Source: Vezdaea acicularis
Lineage: Eukaryota
NCBI GenBank assembly: GCA_026025075.1
Contig: JAPEUI010000033.1
Location: forward strand, 62,001-126,000
Direction of reading: 5' to 3'
Length of the DNA: 64,000 bases
The position numbers were made by a program, and so were the translations under genes. A model generated the notes under the pieces. It was not told where the DNA came from. It ran no database searches and saw only the letters and a program-made list of their open reading frames with translations. Shown here piece by piece: positions 27,028 through 38,775 of the stretch (within the stretch, counting starts at the first letter, position 1; each line of letters starts with the position of its first letter).

Positions 27028-28396
27028 ATGGCCATGGCAGAGGATGCAGCAAGCGTCCTGGAGCAGTTCGTACAGGATGGTAAGGGATCTCATATGAAGT
27101 ATAATTGAAAGCTACTGTCTAACATCCACCTAAAAGTTGCAAACCTTCCGGCAGAGATTGCGCATCTACTCGAGGAAATACAGGATAAAGAGGCCCGCAT
27201 TCAAGAATGTCTGAATATAATTAATAGACATGACGGTAGCATACAAAAGCACATGCGTCTCAATGGTATAGACAAGCCTCATCCGAAAGAAGATCAATAC
27301 AACGTCATAATGCAGAAGAACTATGAAAGGGCACAAAAGCTTCAGGAGGAAAAGATTACTTTGAGCGAAAAAGCTAGCACTCTGGTTTGCCACTATTTCT
27401 TCCTACTGCTATAAAACCTAGCTGATCAACTTCTAGCTGGATCGGCATGTCAAAAGACTTGACATAAAGATCAGAGATCTGCACGCGGACGGGTCTATGA
27501 TCAGCGACCCACCACTGCCTTCTCTCCTCCATCCACATGGTACGAACCGCGGATCACTGTCCTCGACTCCTACGGGTGCAAGTACTCCTCTCCACCCCTT
27601 GAATCCGAATGCTGGTCCCTCAACCACTATAGCTAATGGCCCTCATTCCCGACTCCTCCATCCACTCGTTACACAGCAGTCTAACAGAGTGCCACCAGTG
27701 CATGCGCCAAGGCCTTCAAATCCCCTCATTCCCGCTCACCTTGTAGCTTCAAATCCAAATTCTCCAAGCCCTGCGAGTGCTTATGCCAGGCGCGAATCTT
27801 CTGCGGGCGCAGTCGAGAAAAAGCGGAAAAGTATTGTTGCTGGACAAACCAATGCTTCCGGCTCTGGTCTCAAACAACAAACCATCACTGCCCATCTCAA
27901 TGGGCCAAGAGCTTCAACGCCAACAACAGGTTCAAGGGCAGGAAGTACTGGTCCTCGCGCAGCAAGGAAATCAATCAACATGACAAATACCAAAAAACTC
28001 CCTCCACACCAAGCTGCAGCGGCTGCTCGAAAGCTGAAGAGCGGGCCAGGAAAGCAAGCACGCCAGAAGGGTGGGCCAGCGACAAAAAAGAAGGGGTCGG
28101 CATCTCCGCCTCCGTCAACTGCTGACACATCAGCAGCAACAAGTGATAATGAAGAGTCGGAACATGAACGTGGGGCGCCTCCGCCTGCTGACGTGGAGAT
28201 GCCCGATGCCGAAGCAGAAGTGGAAGGCGACGACAGCTTGTACTGCTATTGCAAAAAGGTTAGTTCAGGAAATATGATAGCATGTGATAACCCAGACTGT
28301 CCGACGGAATGGTTTCATTGGGAGTGTGTGGGTTTAACGAGCGAGCCAGAAGGCTCGTGGTACTGTGATGATTGTAAAAAGAAGCTGGGGAAATAG
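27028..28396 (+). CDS. YNG2: ING-family PHD finger protein, NuA4 subunit Yng2-like; 3 exons
   Basis: MAMAEDAASVLEQFVQD|VANLPAEIAHLLEEIQDKE..|LDRHVKRLDIKI.. with C-terminal PHD YCYCKKVSSGNMIACDNPDCPTEWFHWECVGL..WYCDDC. Confidence 0.88.
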
Positions 28397-29939
28397 TCAG
28401 AGAGCTGATTGCGTGATTCTTGGTTATGTGTCCTTGAGGCAAGGCATCAAAGTCTAGGGTGTCATACAGCCCTTGCCGGGATACCCTTTTTGTATCATAT
28501 TTCTGGGACATAGGTTTGATGTACGAGGAATCGCATTTGTTATTCCCCTTTTTCATCTATGCTACAGCCACGTAGCTACAAACATGCCAAGTCCGGCACC
28601 ACAACCGATTAGCGCCGGCAGACGGAGCATTTTGATAGAGATCGCCGCGATGACGGTGGCCTTTATCAAATAGCTCCTTCTGCCGCATTTCTATCTTGAG
28701 ACGCTGCGTTCGGTCAATCCAAGACGTATTGGCGGCTTGTCGATACCTTGGCAGTTGGGAAAGCCCAACTGCGTCAACTCTGTGTACCAACGGAGGTCCC
28801 TCCATGGAACCAGAATGTTTGTCAGCATTTGTTAATTGGGGTTGATCTGGGCGGGAACAAGCAATTCGTCGATTCCCTCGTATAATTTGTGACCGCGGCT
28901 GACTGGAGTGCAGTGAGGCTTGCAGGGATGCACGGGAGGTGATCGTTCGCTATCTGCCGATCGACCCGCCAATAACGACCGTCATTCCCCACCGCCTCAT
29001 GAACGATTCAAGGAAAATCATCCCGGCTTCCGAGGTATGCTAGCGGATGGAAAGCAACGATGTTATTGCACGGGTGGACCGCTCTCTGTTCGGCGCAGGA
29101 GGTAGGGTGGACACTCTCTGGGTAACCTATGATTGTGGAAGAAAATAATGCAGAGATCACCAATATAGCTGAGGGCATCTCCTTCCATGTCATGATGCTT
29201 GCCTTGCGCAATTGATGAAGATTCTATGGGGATAACTCCTCTTGAAACTCCAGAACCGATTTGCTATTGGGAGTAAGCCATCTTAGCACATTGCGAAGAC
29301 CATGCAACGGAGGCTGTCGTGGGACCGATGGCGATATTCCGAATTCGCAATATGTCCCAGTTCCAAGGGTTCCCTATCTTGTTCGGTCTCGCTGCTGATT
29401 CATTGGAATGCACCATGTGGCTGCAAGCTACTGCAAGGGCACAACACCGCGCTCGCTTTCCTTTGCCTCGTCGACCACTCGATGCGGTGCCTGCCAGGGA
29501 TTTCTACCGGGGATGAGGACCACGGACCGGTATTTCGGAAACACGACCAACTGCTGACGCCGTTTCTTCGGCTTGGTTCATGGCTTCACAAAAGCGGAAG
29601 CCATGCCGTGATCGCACATACGCCTCATAATCGCGATTGACCGTGCGATGCAGCCCCGATTCCGACGGCTTGGACGCTGGCCCGTGGCGGCACAGGCATA
29701 CGGTAGGTCGGCCCGAGTCTGCGCTCTACCACTGCTCATGTCAAATCCCCCAGATGCTGCTACACGTACTGCTACTGCTGTTACTTCTGGGAATGAAGTA
29801 ACCTCGGACACATATGGAGCGATCATCTCTAGTATATATGCGCGCATGTCCAGCACCTCTCTTTCTTCCAATCAACATGTTGTCTTTTAAGTAAACCAAT
29901 ATAGAGCGTATCGTTGCTTCTAGCACAATTGGCGCCGAG

Positions 29940-31324
29940 ATGACGAACAGTGCCGTGACTGAAAGCGCTTGTGTGTACTCTACCACGAGTTTCGTTCTGA
30001 GCAACGGGGTCTATTTGGTAAAACTTCAACCCAACTTTTACCGGAGATATGAATTGTTGATTTTGATATCAAGGGTGCTCCCTTTGGCTTCCTAGCCATA
30101 GCTGTTCTCTCTATCCTTGCTCGAATCGTCTCTCGGCTTAGAAACTTCCAACGGCTGTTCATAGATGACTACTTGATCATATTGGCCGGCCTTTTCCTCG
30201 TTGCTCAGGCTACTTGCCACGGAATCTCTGCCAATGCCCTACTCACTGCTCAGAGGGAAGGAGTGGCTGGAGACCAGGTTTATACAGAGTCTACACCCGA
30301 CCCAATAATCCCGTGGGTCATGAAAATGTAGTGTATCGCTCTATTCGGATTGTTCATCTACGTTACTGAATCTATGTAGTGGATTGACTATTGCGTACTT
30401 ATTCTCCATCTGCCTCTGGACGGTCAAAGCGTCCTTTCTCATGTTCTTTCGCCGCCTTGGGAAAGACGTTCAGTACTATGAGATCTTATGGTGGATTGTT
30501 GCAATCGTCTGTTTCCTAACATTCATAGGCTGTATGGTTTCAACGCCGTTATATATTACCTTCAAGTACCCTTGTAGGTGTCCCCTTTCAATCAAATGAT
30601 TCGAGTTCAGCTGACAACCACAGCAGCCGTAGACCAGAGAACGCAGTACATTCACCAGGGGCTGTTTGTCCTAAGATTTGGGGCTGGAGCCGACGTGTCT
30701 ACTGACATCTTAAGTATTGAAACTGATCTCAACTCACCACATCAGCTAACAGAGGTAGTCGCATTTCTTCCCGTCAGTCTGTTATGGAGGGTTAAGCTAC
30801 CTATTCGAAGGAAGCTTATGCTTTCATGCCTCCTATGCGGGAGCCTCATCACCGTCGTTGTGGCCTTTCTTCGCATAGAAGTCACCAGCAAGATGAGCTA
30901 TCTCCCGAACCCGGTCTGGTTGAACTTCTGGTCGGGGATAGAAGGAGCAGTTGGTGAGTATCTGTCACCGCACGCCCGCTGCTGTACTTTCTCGAGTGGA
31001 GAACGGAATATGACGTACTAATACATTGAAATAGCAATCATTACATGTTGCATCGCTTCATTTAGAGCTCTTTTCCCCGACGACAACCACTATAATTCTG
31101 CAAGTCCCCCAAGCCCACCTTTCACCCACATGTCCACCAAGGCTTTGGGGCAGCAGCCCAGCCCTGGTTTTGTCGAATCTAAATCTCCTTCATCCTCAAG
31201 CAATACCTCCCAACACGAGAACTCCACAAAGAGAGAGGACGAAAGTATCACGAACGCCGAAGAGCGAACTTCATGCGATCGTGACGAAGAGCTATTCAAG
31301 GGCTATGGTCTCTTGAATGCTTAA
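29940..31324 (+). CDS. Pth11-like (fungal rhodopsin-domain) integral membrane protein, about 5 exons
   Basis: ILARIVSRLRNFQRLFIDDYL; LWTVKASFLMFFRRL; ADVSTDIL; LPVSLLWRVKLPIRRK; FWSGIEGAV|AIITCCIASFRALF. The last exon is in frame with ORF 31130-31324. Confidence 0.78.
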
Positions 31325-31850
31325 CAGAACCCGAGAAACATTTCATTCAAAGCATCGGGAGCGTTTGTAGCAGGCATAGCTAGCAGGCACTACATCGCAT
31401 CCGCCCTATTTAGAGGATTTTGCCGTTTTTGTTCAGTCCTAGACGTTGGGTTGGAATTTGGTCATATTTGGTATACCCCATTGGGACTGGGGGTGAATAC
31501 GGTCATTTGTTCATTTTGAGATAGCAAAAGGGATAACGGCATTTTACGGAGTTTACACAGGCAGCGGATACAGTCCTTACTAGCGTTCTTGATATAGTGT
31601 ACGAGCGTTATGCTCAAAGGCTGTCTAAAATGGCATACGAATGCGCTCTAGCGGCCGGCGAAGGGATCGGAAAGGAAATGAAACAAACGACTCAGCGAAC
31701 AAGCAATACTTGGTGCACAACAATACGTGATGGTTATTATTGCTAGTTGCAGTGCAACTGAATTAAGTTCTGTCTGCGTTACGAGCAAGGAGGCGGAAGG
31801 ACCAATAGCTGAATGTCGCTCAAGCTTTCACATCCAAATATCTTCAAAGT

Positions 31851-33649
31851 CTATAAGTCGTCCAGCTCCAACAGCTTATATACCTTACCATGCTTCCGGA
31901 GGGCGGTCTGCACGACCTTCATCCATCCGAGTACCCACTCTTCTAACTGTCTTCTACAGACAACTTGAACCCCTACAGGTAGCCCGTGCATCGCCGTTGC
32001 GTCGTACTGGGAGTAAGCTCCTCTCTCCACACCGTTCGAGGGCTTGAAACTTGGATCCAGCTGGTCGAGATTCTTGTCGACATGAGTGACCGGCATCACG
32101 CCGCATGAATAGTCGAGCTACACGATGGTTAGACTGCGTGCTTGTACAGGAGAGCTAGTGGGACACCCCTTACCAAGTTAAACAAGAAAGTATAGCCGCA
32201 GCTGCTGACCGCTTGCTTCATTCCGCCGTGTAGCACGGCAGGAGTAGCGTTAGGCACCGTGATGATGAAGTCAAAGTCATTCTCATTCCACCAGTCGTTC
32301 CACGTTGCTCTGTAGGCTTCGCGCTTTGCTACTAGCTCCCATTGTTCCTGTGTCGACTTCTCCCCCCATCCTTTTAGCAAATCGGCCCAGATCGCATCTT
32401 TCCTCACGTACTTCACCCAAAGGTACCATAAGTATGCGATCGGCCGAGGGAGATTCGCGTAGAGGCTCATTTGCGCTGCTCCCGGATCTTCCCACTCACC
32501 TGTGCGAAAGAAGGATCGGAAGGTTTTACATCCGTCAGAGTTAAGTAAATGCGAGGCGATCTTTAGTCCTTCATAGGGAGAAGGGGGGGATATATCCTCG
32601 ACCGTACAGCCATCCGCTTTCAGCGCAGAGACCACTTCTTCAAGGGCGCGAGCGCAGGCAGGCGACGGTTTTACAACGCCATCAGTACGGAGAACGCCGA
32701 CTTTAGCTTGAGGGTCTTTATCGAAAATTGAAGAGGGAAGTTCGCGCCAAGGCAATGCATGAACACTATGGTCATAGACCCAAGGTTTCATGCTCATGAC
32801 GCTTTCGGTGAAGTAGATCAAGTCTTCCAAGGTTCGCGCCATAGGACTGAACACGCTGGGAACTCCTTCTTGACCTGGCATGCTGGTTGTGAAGCCTGCC
32901 TTCGGCCACCTTCCGGTGGAGCAGCGAAGAGAGTATATCCCAGAGAAATGGGCAGGGACACGGACTGATCCAGCAACGTCGGATCCAATACCGATTCTAC
33001 CTCCGCCTGCAGCAAGTAGAGCAGCTTCTCCGCCTGTCGATCCCCCTGGGGAGTACTTCGAATTATGTGGATTCGTGGATCGGCCCCACACGTCGTTGGT
33101 AGACTCGAAAGATAGCAGAGTGACTGGTAGATTTGTCTTTACATATGGGATAGCACCTGCGTCTTTCAATAGCTTCACTACACCTCCATCATGCTGTAAG
33201 GGCTTTCCAGTATTGCAAGAATATCCTGCACTTGAGTCGAAGCCTCCAACACCCATGGAATCCTTCAACGACACTGGAATACCGGCGAGAGGTCCTTGCC
33301 TGTTGATCCCAGACTTAGCCCATTTCTCGGCCTCAACTATCATCACCTCCGTCACACAATTCGTTTTCTTGTGAACAGCTATCGCGGCCTTTCCATAGCT
33401 CCTAAGTATATCAACTGGTTGAATATCTCCCTCATGAACATCATGGACTAGCTCCTCGATCGACTTGCTAAGAATAAGCTTGTCTTGGGTCAAGATTGGT
33501 CCATGGTATGGAGCTGGCAAGGATTTTATTCGGCTGGCCCTTTCATCTTGTTTCTGTTGGCTATAGAACTCATAAGCCTGCATTCGCTCTGTTTTGCAGG
33601 CCACTCACCAAGCCCGACGATGAGTAAAATAACTCAATCCTAGCACCAT
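31851..33649 (-). CDS. Amidase-signature family enzyme (acetamidase/FAAH-like); 3 exons
   Basis: GPLAGIPVSLKD, PGGSTGGEAALLA, GIGSDVAGSVRVPA, YTFLFNL|LDYS, GLPVGVQVV. First exon MVLGLSYFTHRRA is joined through intron 33561-33608. Confidence 0.92.
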
Positions 33650-35002
33650 CTCGACACAGCTCGGCCTTATCGATGCTTCAAAGTCTAATGTTCATTGGTT
33701 CTAGAGGGAGAACATCCCATGAGGCAGCCCTTAGAAAACTTGAGGCCTGAGCACAAAGTTGAGTCGAGTCCCAAAGGAATCTACAGAGCGGAGAATATGG
33801 AATGACACTTTGAACCATACGCTGGCGCATGGTAGTCATCTATTCTTGCAGGTATTGGCTGCGCTTTAGATGTGATGCCCTAACCTCGGTCTACAGTAGA
33901 TCTCTCCGATAAGATTGTCGCGTTATCTTACCGAATTCGGGTAGCGCGATTCTTGAGTAGAACACTGCCCTTCAATCCTCCCCCATCACCATTAATGACA
34001 ACGGAAGTATTCCCATATTCCGACGCAAGTAAGTTGACGCAGAAATGTCCCTTCGTACGGTGGATGTGATACCATGCTTGACGTCCTCCTTAAGCTTACG
34101 CCAAGGATCGATGGAGAGCAGGTTTCTACTTTTACCTCAGTCACTCCGTCCATTTCCATCATCTCATCGTCATCATGGTCCTTCATTCCTTAAAACTAGA
34201 AAACTTAAGAGCTTTGGCAATGCCAAACCGCACTCTAGCCTCCGCATGAAACCTCTGAGCCTCCAAACACATGTGTCAAATTGTTGTCAACAAAGAGTCA
34301 AGAGCTCCACCCGGCGGCTTGGGAAAGCGTCTCGCTACCGGGAGAGGGCGAAACGAAGCAAAGAGCAAGAATAGATGCTTCAGCGCAGCTTGAAACAGCC
34401 GGAGTCTGCGTTGGAGTTGCGATTCTTTCATAGGACGTGCGTGACTGGTTCTCGTTGGACCCTGAGGTTTGGGCGTCTGCTCGGTAACCGCCCGTTCGGT
34501 TCTATCCGCCAAAGAGCTTCTGAGTCGCTATTGGCCGTCTCGGCGCATCATCAGAAAGGCGTGAAACCGCCAACGGTATTTCTGTCTGCAACAAAGCGGA
34601 TAACGGAAAGCCGCCAAATGTTCCTCATGTACTTAAGCCTGGCTCGAGTACCATTTCCTTCTTTCTGTATCTAGTCCTCAGTTACAGTCTCTCTACGAAT
34701 TTCTTCAGTCTATTTCCTTTGGTCTTTCCTTCAGGATTTCCTATCGTCGTTCATTGCCTGCTGTGCAGTCATTCTTTATACGCATCACTCTCTTGCATCT
34801 AGTCCAGGCGGCTCTCTACAGCATTTTCGGTACCTTTTACTTCAGCGTCTATAGATCTTTGACAGATCTCTCCCATCAGCATCTTCCTCAAGTTCTTCAA
34901 GTTCTTCAAGTTCCTCGCTCCCAACTCCAACTTCTCGACGCCTAACCGGTTTCCAACCCCTCTGAATCCTCAACCCAAACTACCTTCTACTTCAATCTCA
35001 AG

Positions 35003-35578
35003 ATGGGTGGACCAAGCTATGGAGCCCTCGGCGCAACCTTCACTGCCGTGCGCGCCCTCCAAACCATCTCCTTCATAGGCATCATCGGCATGACCGCGAA
35101 CTTCATCGCCGAGATGGTGAACGACAACATCGCCCCACAGGCCGTACTCGTCGGTACCCTAAGCATCACTTGCATCGGCGTACTCTACTGTGCCATCACA
35201 TTCATCCTATACTGGGACAACATCCTCCCGTTCTTGGCAAACACTGCGATGGACTTCTTGCTCCTGATCGCACTTACCGTCGTCGCTGTCACGGTCGGCA
35301 AGCCTTTGTCGTACATGAACTGCATGGCAATTGGCAACACATCGGGAGGGAATAGTGGTGGCAATATCAGTGCCTTCACGGACTCGCTACGCCAGAACCT
35401 CAATAAAGACTATGGCGTATGGGTTGGCGCGAGCCGTACCACTTGCTTCGAGATGAAGAGCATCTGGGGATTGAGCATTGCGCTATGTATCCTATTCGCA
35501 TTCAGTATGATCTCCAGTGTGTGCCTTTGGAAGAGAAACAAGGCCGCAAGCGCGCCAGCGGGCAAGGGGATGGTTTAG
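35003..35578 (+). CDS. Conserved four-TM MARVEL-like membrane protein
   Basis: Intronless 191-aa ORF with four hydrophobic helices and the motifs GKPLSYMNC and CFEMKSIWGLSIALCILF; strongly biased codon usage. Confidence 0.8.
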   Translation: MGGPSYGALGATFTAVRALQTISFIGIIGMTANFIAEMVNDNIAPQAVLVGTLSITCIGVLYCAITFILYWDNILPFLANTAMDFLLLIALTVVAVTVGKPLSYMNCMAIGNTSGGNSGGNISAFTDSLRQNLNKDYGVWVGASRTTCFEMKSIWGLSIALCILFAFSMISSVCLWKRNKAASAPAGKGMV

Positions 35579-35906
35579 AGTCCGATCGAGATTAGAGATG
35601 GATGCCTTAATAGTAGGGTATGCGCGAAGGAAGCTTGGTGGCGGAGGAAATCAGAATGTTTGCATTGCATAGAAGGACGGCGCTTTTCTCTCACTCTAAT
35701 GAACTCGCATTAGGCGTTTATAATTATTAGAGAAGCGATCAATCAAAGATGGATGATTAGGGATATGTTCAAATGGTTTAATCGTGTCACTGTGTATTGT
35801 GTTGACATCAATTCACCACCAGTGACTCAAACGCACCGCCTGCCCTACGCCCAGCCCTATATACAAAAATAAATTCACTTATCAGCCAACCCTTGTTCTC
35901 TCCAGA

Positions 35907-37763
35907 TTAAGTCCCCGCTCCAGCTGTCGCGGCGGCAGGCATCAAGCTCTCTGTTGCGCCCTCCGCCTCAGCTTCTAAGTGCTCCCTCTTCATCGTCCGG
36001 CTACGGTGCCAGACAAAGCCTACAAGCGCCGACCCAACGGTCGCTGCTAGCACCAGCAAGAAGACGTTCACTGGCACCGGATCGTTATGGAAAACCTCAT
36101 GCGTCAGGGCGTCCAGGGCGGACTCGGAGAAGTTGAAGAGGCCAGCGAGACAGATGATGAGACCGTATACTTTGCCGAATGTTTGGAAGCCGAAGACTTT
36201 AGCAGCGTAGTCACTATTTGGGGAGGATGTTAGACGGGAAGGGCTGAGTTTCGAGGTGATGAGAGGACGACTTACGATACGGTTGTGTAGTATAATGGCC
36301 GGTAGACGACGAACATGGCGACTTGCGTATAGGCAGCCCATTTCTCATGGAGCGTTCCCAGAATACCGATGATGGTCGCAAGACCCACAAGACCAGCGAG
36401 GACGAAGACAGTACTCATATTATCTAGAATCACGCCGATGAAGGGCACGGCGAGGACACCACCGAGAGGCAGTGCAACATCAAAGAAGGTGTTTAGGTGC
36501 ACAGCTTTCTTGTAATTTCCGAAGAGATATTCGTACTGCGGACGAATGGTCGCGACAAAAAAATTAATCCGCGTCATCTGTACTACTGTGAACAGCGTGA
36601 TGAGGACGAACCACCATGACTTGATCTGCTGCCAAGCAGTTAGACCGTGGAGAGCCCCATATACGCCACTTATATCCGCCTTCTTTTCCTCTTTCTTTGC
36701 ATGACGCTCCCCCCCTTTAGAGCCAATGAGCGCGTTGAGTTCGTCGACTACGCTTTCGCGTCTAAGTTGGCGCTCTTCAAGGATGCTGTCACGGCGATCT
36801 GAGGGAAGCGACTGAATATCAGCGTCCTCGACTTCAGTCTCAGCCTCCACGGTTGCTATTAGTTCGCCAACTGTCTTATAGGAGTTTGCTGGCATAAGTA
36901 CGATCTGAACAACAAATATAAGGGCTGGTACGATTAAATATATGAGAAAGAACTTTTCAGGGCTGAACGTTTGTCCAGACCAGTTGTAAAGTAGTCTGTA
37001 GAATAGAAATATTGCACTCGATGAATCAAAGGCACCAGTAAGCATCGAAAGGATGAGGCCTGAATGATTAGGGAAGGTGTTCGAAAGTTGGAAAGAAGGG
37101 ATAAAAACGAATGGACCCCCCAAGGACATGAATAGGTAGCCTGGTATATATCCATCGAATGGGAGCCGTGGTGCAAGGCCAAACACAAGACAGCCTAGAG
37201 CAAGGAAAAAGCACCCTATCAGGCTGGCAACTCGAGGGCCGTAACGGTCGAGAATGGTGCCAACAGGTAGAGCGCAGACATTGGTTGCAACAGCAGCGCA
37301 TGTGAACATGAAGTTTAACCTGCAGAGGACTGATCAGTATCGTGAGGCGCAGACGTGGGGCATCGCTCCTTACCTCAGTTCCTGCTTATAACACACACGT
37401 AACGTAGGGTCTTCAAGCTCTTGCTTTGTGCATTCACTCCTGTATATGCCCTCTGCAATTAAGACCGGCTTGATCGCAGCATAGCCAAAGACGATTCCAG
37501 CAGACAGTAAGCAGTACAGAACCGCAAAGCCGACTTGTACTACAAGAAGTGTCAGTATGGTTTCACAACATGGTTCAGTGTCACTGACGTATCCGCTTCG
37601 TCTTCGAGACCTCGAAAGCCGCAACAGGTACTTCATGAGCTTCGGACGGTGCCCAGTGACCGACCGGATTGAAGCTCAGTCTCCTATCCTTCCCATCCGG
37701 AGACATATTCCTCCCAAACGTATCGTAAGTCTCCATCGAGGAGACTCTCTCTGCTAAAGACAT
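35907..37763 (-). CDS. MFS transporter, FMP42/LAT3-like; 4 exons
   Basis: AAFEVSKTKRI|VQV..LYCLLSAGIVFGYAAIKPVL..CYKQELR|LNFMF..ATNVCALPVGTILDRYGPR..LTGAFDSSS..YRPLYYTTVS|DYAAKVFGFQTFGKVYG. Confidence 0.88.
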
Positions 37764-38775
37764 ACTGGTGCTTTTATTGCCACCCTGCCCTCCAAGCCGG
37801 ACTACCCTTGTGCACTGCTATGGTGGGGCAATTCAAACTTTTCGCGCGCTTGCGAAGCTTGACCCACACGCTATGATAGTAGGATGCACAAAACAGCAAA
37901 TCTAGATGCATGCGTCATAAGAGATATTGGGTAGATGGTGCACATATATAAAGAGGGGAAGTCGCCCGTTTGGTTAGGGAGATTGCGGACCCTGACAGTC
38001 CGGGGACTGATCAGGAGCAAGATAACAGAGCACCAACGGCCAGAGCAAGTATTAGCAGGCATGGCGCATAGGCGAGCCGGCATCTCGGCGACCAGTAAGA
38101 ATGCCCCACCCATTCTTTACTGAGGTTTGCAAGCCCGACGATAACCACGGACAGTGAACGCCACAATCATCACCCGCTATTTTGTAGAGGGGCATCAATC
38201 ATAGGCAATACTCGTAGTAAATAGCGTGTTCCCAACATAATCAATGAGCGCAATGCGTGCAGCATGAGTATCTTGAAGCGGAAGGCTTCCAAAGCGCATT
38301 CTCATGTGTTGACTTTAATCTCACCGTTGGAAGATATTTTTCATCTCGTCAGAGTGCGGTAGAGATGAGTTTGAGCATTGCAACACAGGAGCCGTTTAAC
38401 GCCAAAGGTTGAAGCATTGGACGCTCAAGTTTGGCAGATTTACCCTCTACTAGTGCCACGTTTATAGACAACATAGGCAATACTTCTTCGAGGCTTCGAT
38501 CAAAAGGGCTCATAGATGATGACTTGACCGTAGGGTCATCTGCTTTACCTTTAACTAATTTTGCATATTTAAATCGGTCGCTGACCCTTTTAAGCTGTAT
38601 CGTAAATGCTTATGGCACCGCCAAAGTAAAATCCCACATCGCATCGTGATATATACATCCCACAAATTAGACAAAGACCTTTCAGTATTGTTCCTTAGAC
38701 ATATGCCACCAGCCAAGCCACATAGTCCCTCTTGATAGAGTGAGTAATGCTAGATTTGTACAGAGCAATGAGCAG

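Noticed and set aside
28420..29900. Short ORFs between YNG2 and the Pth11-like gene
   Set aside because: No recognisable motifs or splice pattern; treated as intergenic.
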